Assembly: GCF_030684315.1 (NCBI RefSeq)
Contig: NC_081387.1
Location: 16,337,409 to 16,401,408, forward strand
Length of the DNA stretch: 64,000 bases
Direction: 5' to 3'
From: Stegostoma tigrinum
Lineage: Eukaryota
Notes under the pieces: model-generated
What the model was told of the DNA's origin: nothing
Seen by the model: only the letters and a program-made list of their open reading frames with translations
Databases searched by the model: none
Position numbers and translations under genes: made by a program
Shown here: one piece after another, positions 63,601 through 64,000 of the stretch
Numbering within the stretch: the stretch's first letter is position 1
How the letters are laid out: every line of letters begins with the position of its first letter

Positions 63601-64000
63601 CTGAGGCAGGGAGAGTGGGAACAGTCAGCCCCGAGGCAGGGAGAATGGGAACAGGCAGCCCTGAGGCAGGGAGAGCGGGAACAGTCAGCCCCGAGCCAGG
63701 GAGAGCGGGAACAGGCAGCCCTGAAGCAGGGAGAGTGGGAACCCTCAGCCCCGAGGCAGCGAGAGTGGGAACAGGCAGCCCTGAGGCAGGGAGAGTGGGA
63801 ACACGCAACCCCGAGGCAGAGAGAGAGGGAACAGTCAGCCCTAAGAAAGGCAGAGTGGGAACAGTCAGCTCCGAGGCAGGGAGAGCAGGAACAGGCAGCC
63901 CTGAGGCAGGGAGAGTTGGAACAAGCAGCCCCAAGGCAGGGAGAGTTGGAACAGTCAGCCCCGAGGCAGGGAGAGAGGGAACAGTCAGCCCTGAGGCAGG
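54670..64000. repeat. 30-bp G/purine-rich minisatellite, more than 300 units, running off the window end
   Basis: Consensus GGAACAG(G/T)CAGCCC(C/T)GAGGCAGGGAGAG(T/C)G. Variant units recur in long blocks. Only three 1-nt deletions (~60612, ~62201, ~62330). Confidence 0.98.

Noticed and set aside
54670-64000. CRISPR array or confidently annotated 1900-2000 aa proteins
   Set aside because: Contiguous 30-bp units have no unique spacers and the context is eukaryotic. Long ORFs are expected from a stop-free unit whose length is a multiple of 3, so it is not listed as CDS.

Overview
Eukaryotic, repeat-rich vertebrate DNA. The CR1 LINE, Penelope and tRNA-SINE landscape suggests a cartilaginous fish (shark); this is an inference. 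Most of the supplied ORFs are transposon fragments or chance ORFs, and the real genes have to be assembled by splicing. From left to right: (1) the last two exons of a TRIM-type gene ending in a B30.2/PRY-SPRY exon (490-1607, +). (2) A CD2/SLAM/HEPACAM-type V+C2 immunoglobulin-superfamily gene on + (6565-16234) whose C2 and TM exons are disabled. (3) A tandem minus-strand family of three single-V-domain genes that lack the canonical Ig disulfide but carry a Cys-rich loop. One copy is broken by CR1 insertions (19508-21208). One splices to a transmembrane exon with an intramembrane Arg and a very short tail (27430-28542). One, with a near-identical V exon, splices to a GPI-signal-like exon (33426-34568). 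This looks like a paired activating / GPI-anchored receptor system homogenised by gene conversion and is the main candidate discovery. (4) A perfect 86-bp-arm palindrome between the two intact copies. (5) Many Penelope-derived insertions with inverted ends, target-site duplications and minimal hammerhead-ribozyme cores. (6) A 30-bp minisatellite of more than 9.3 kb (54670 to window end) with higher-order structure and about 6 kb open frames on both strands.
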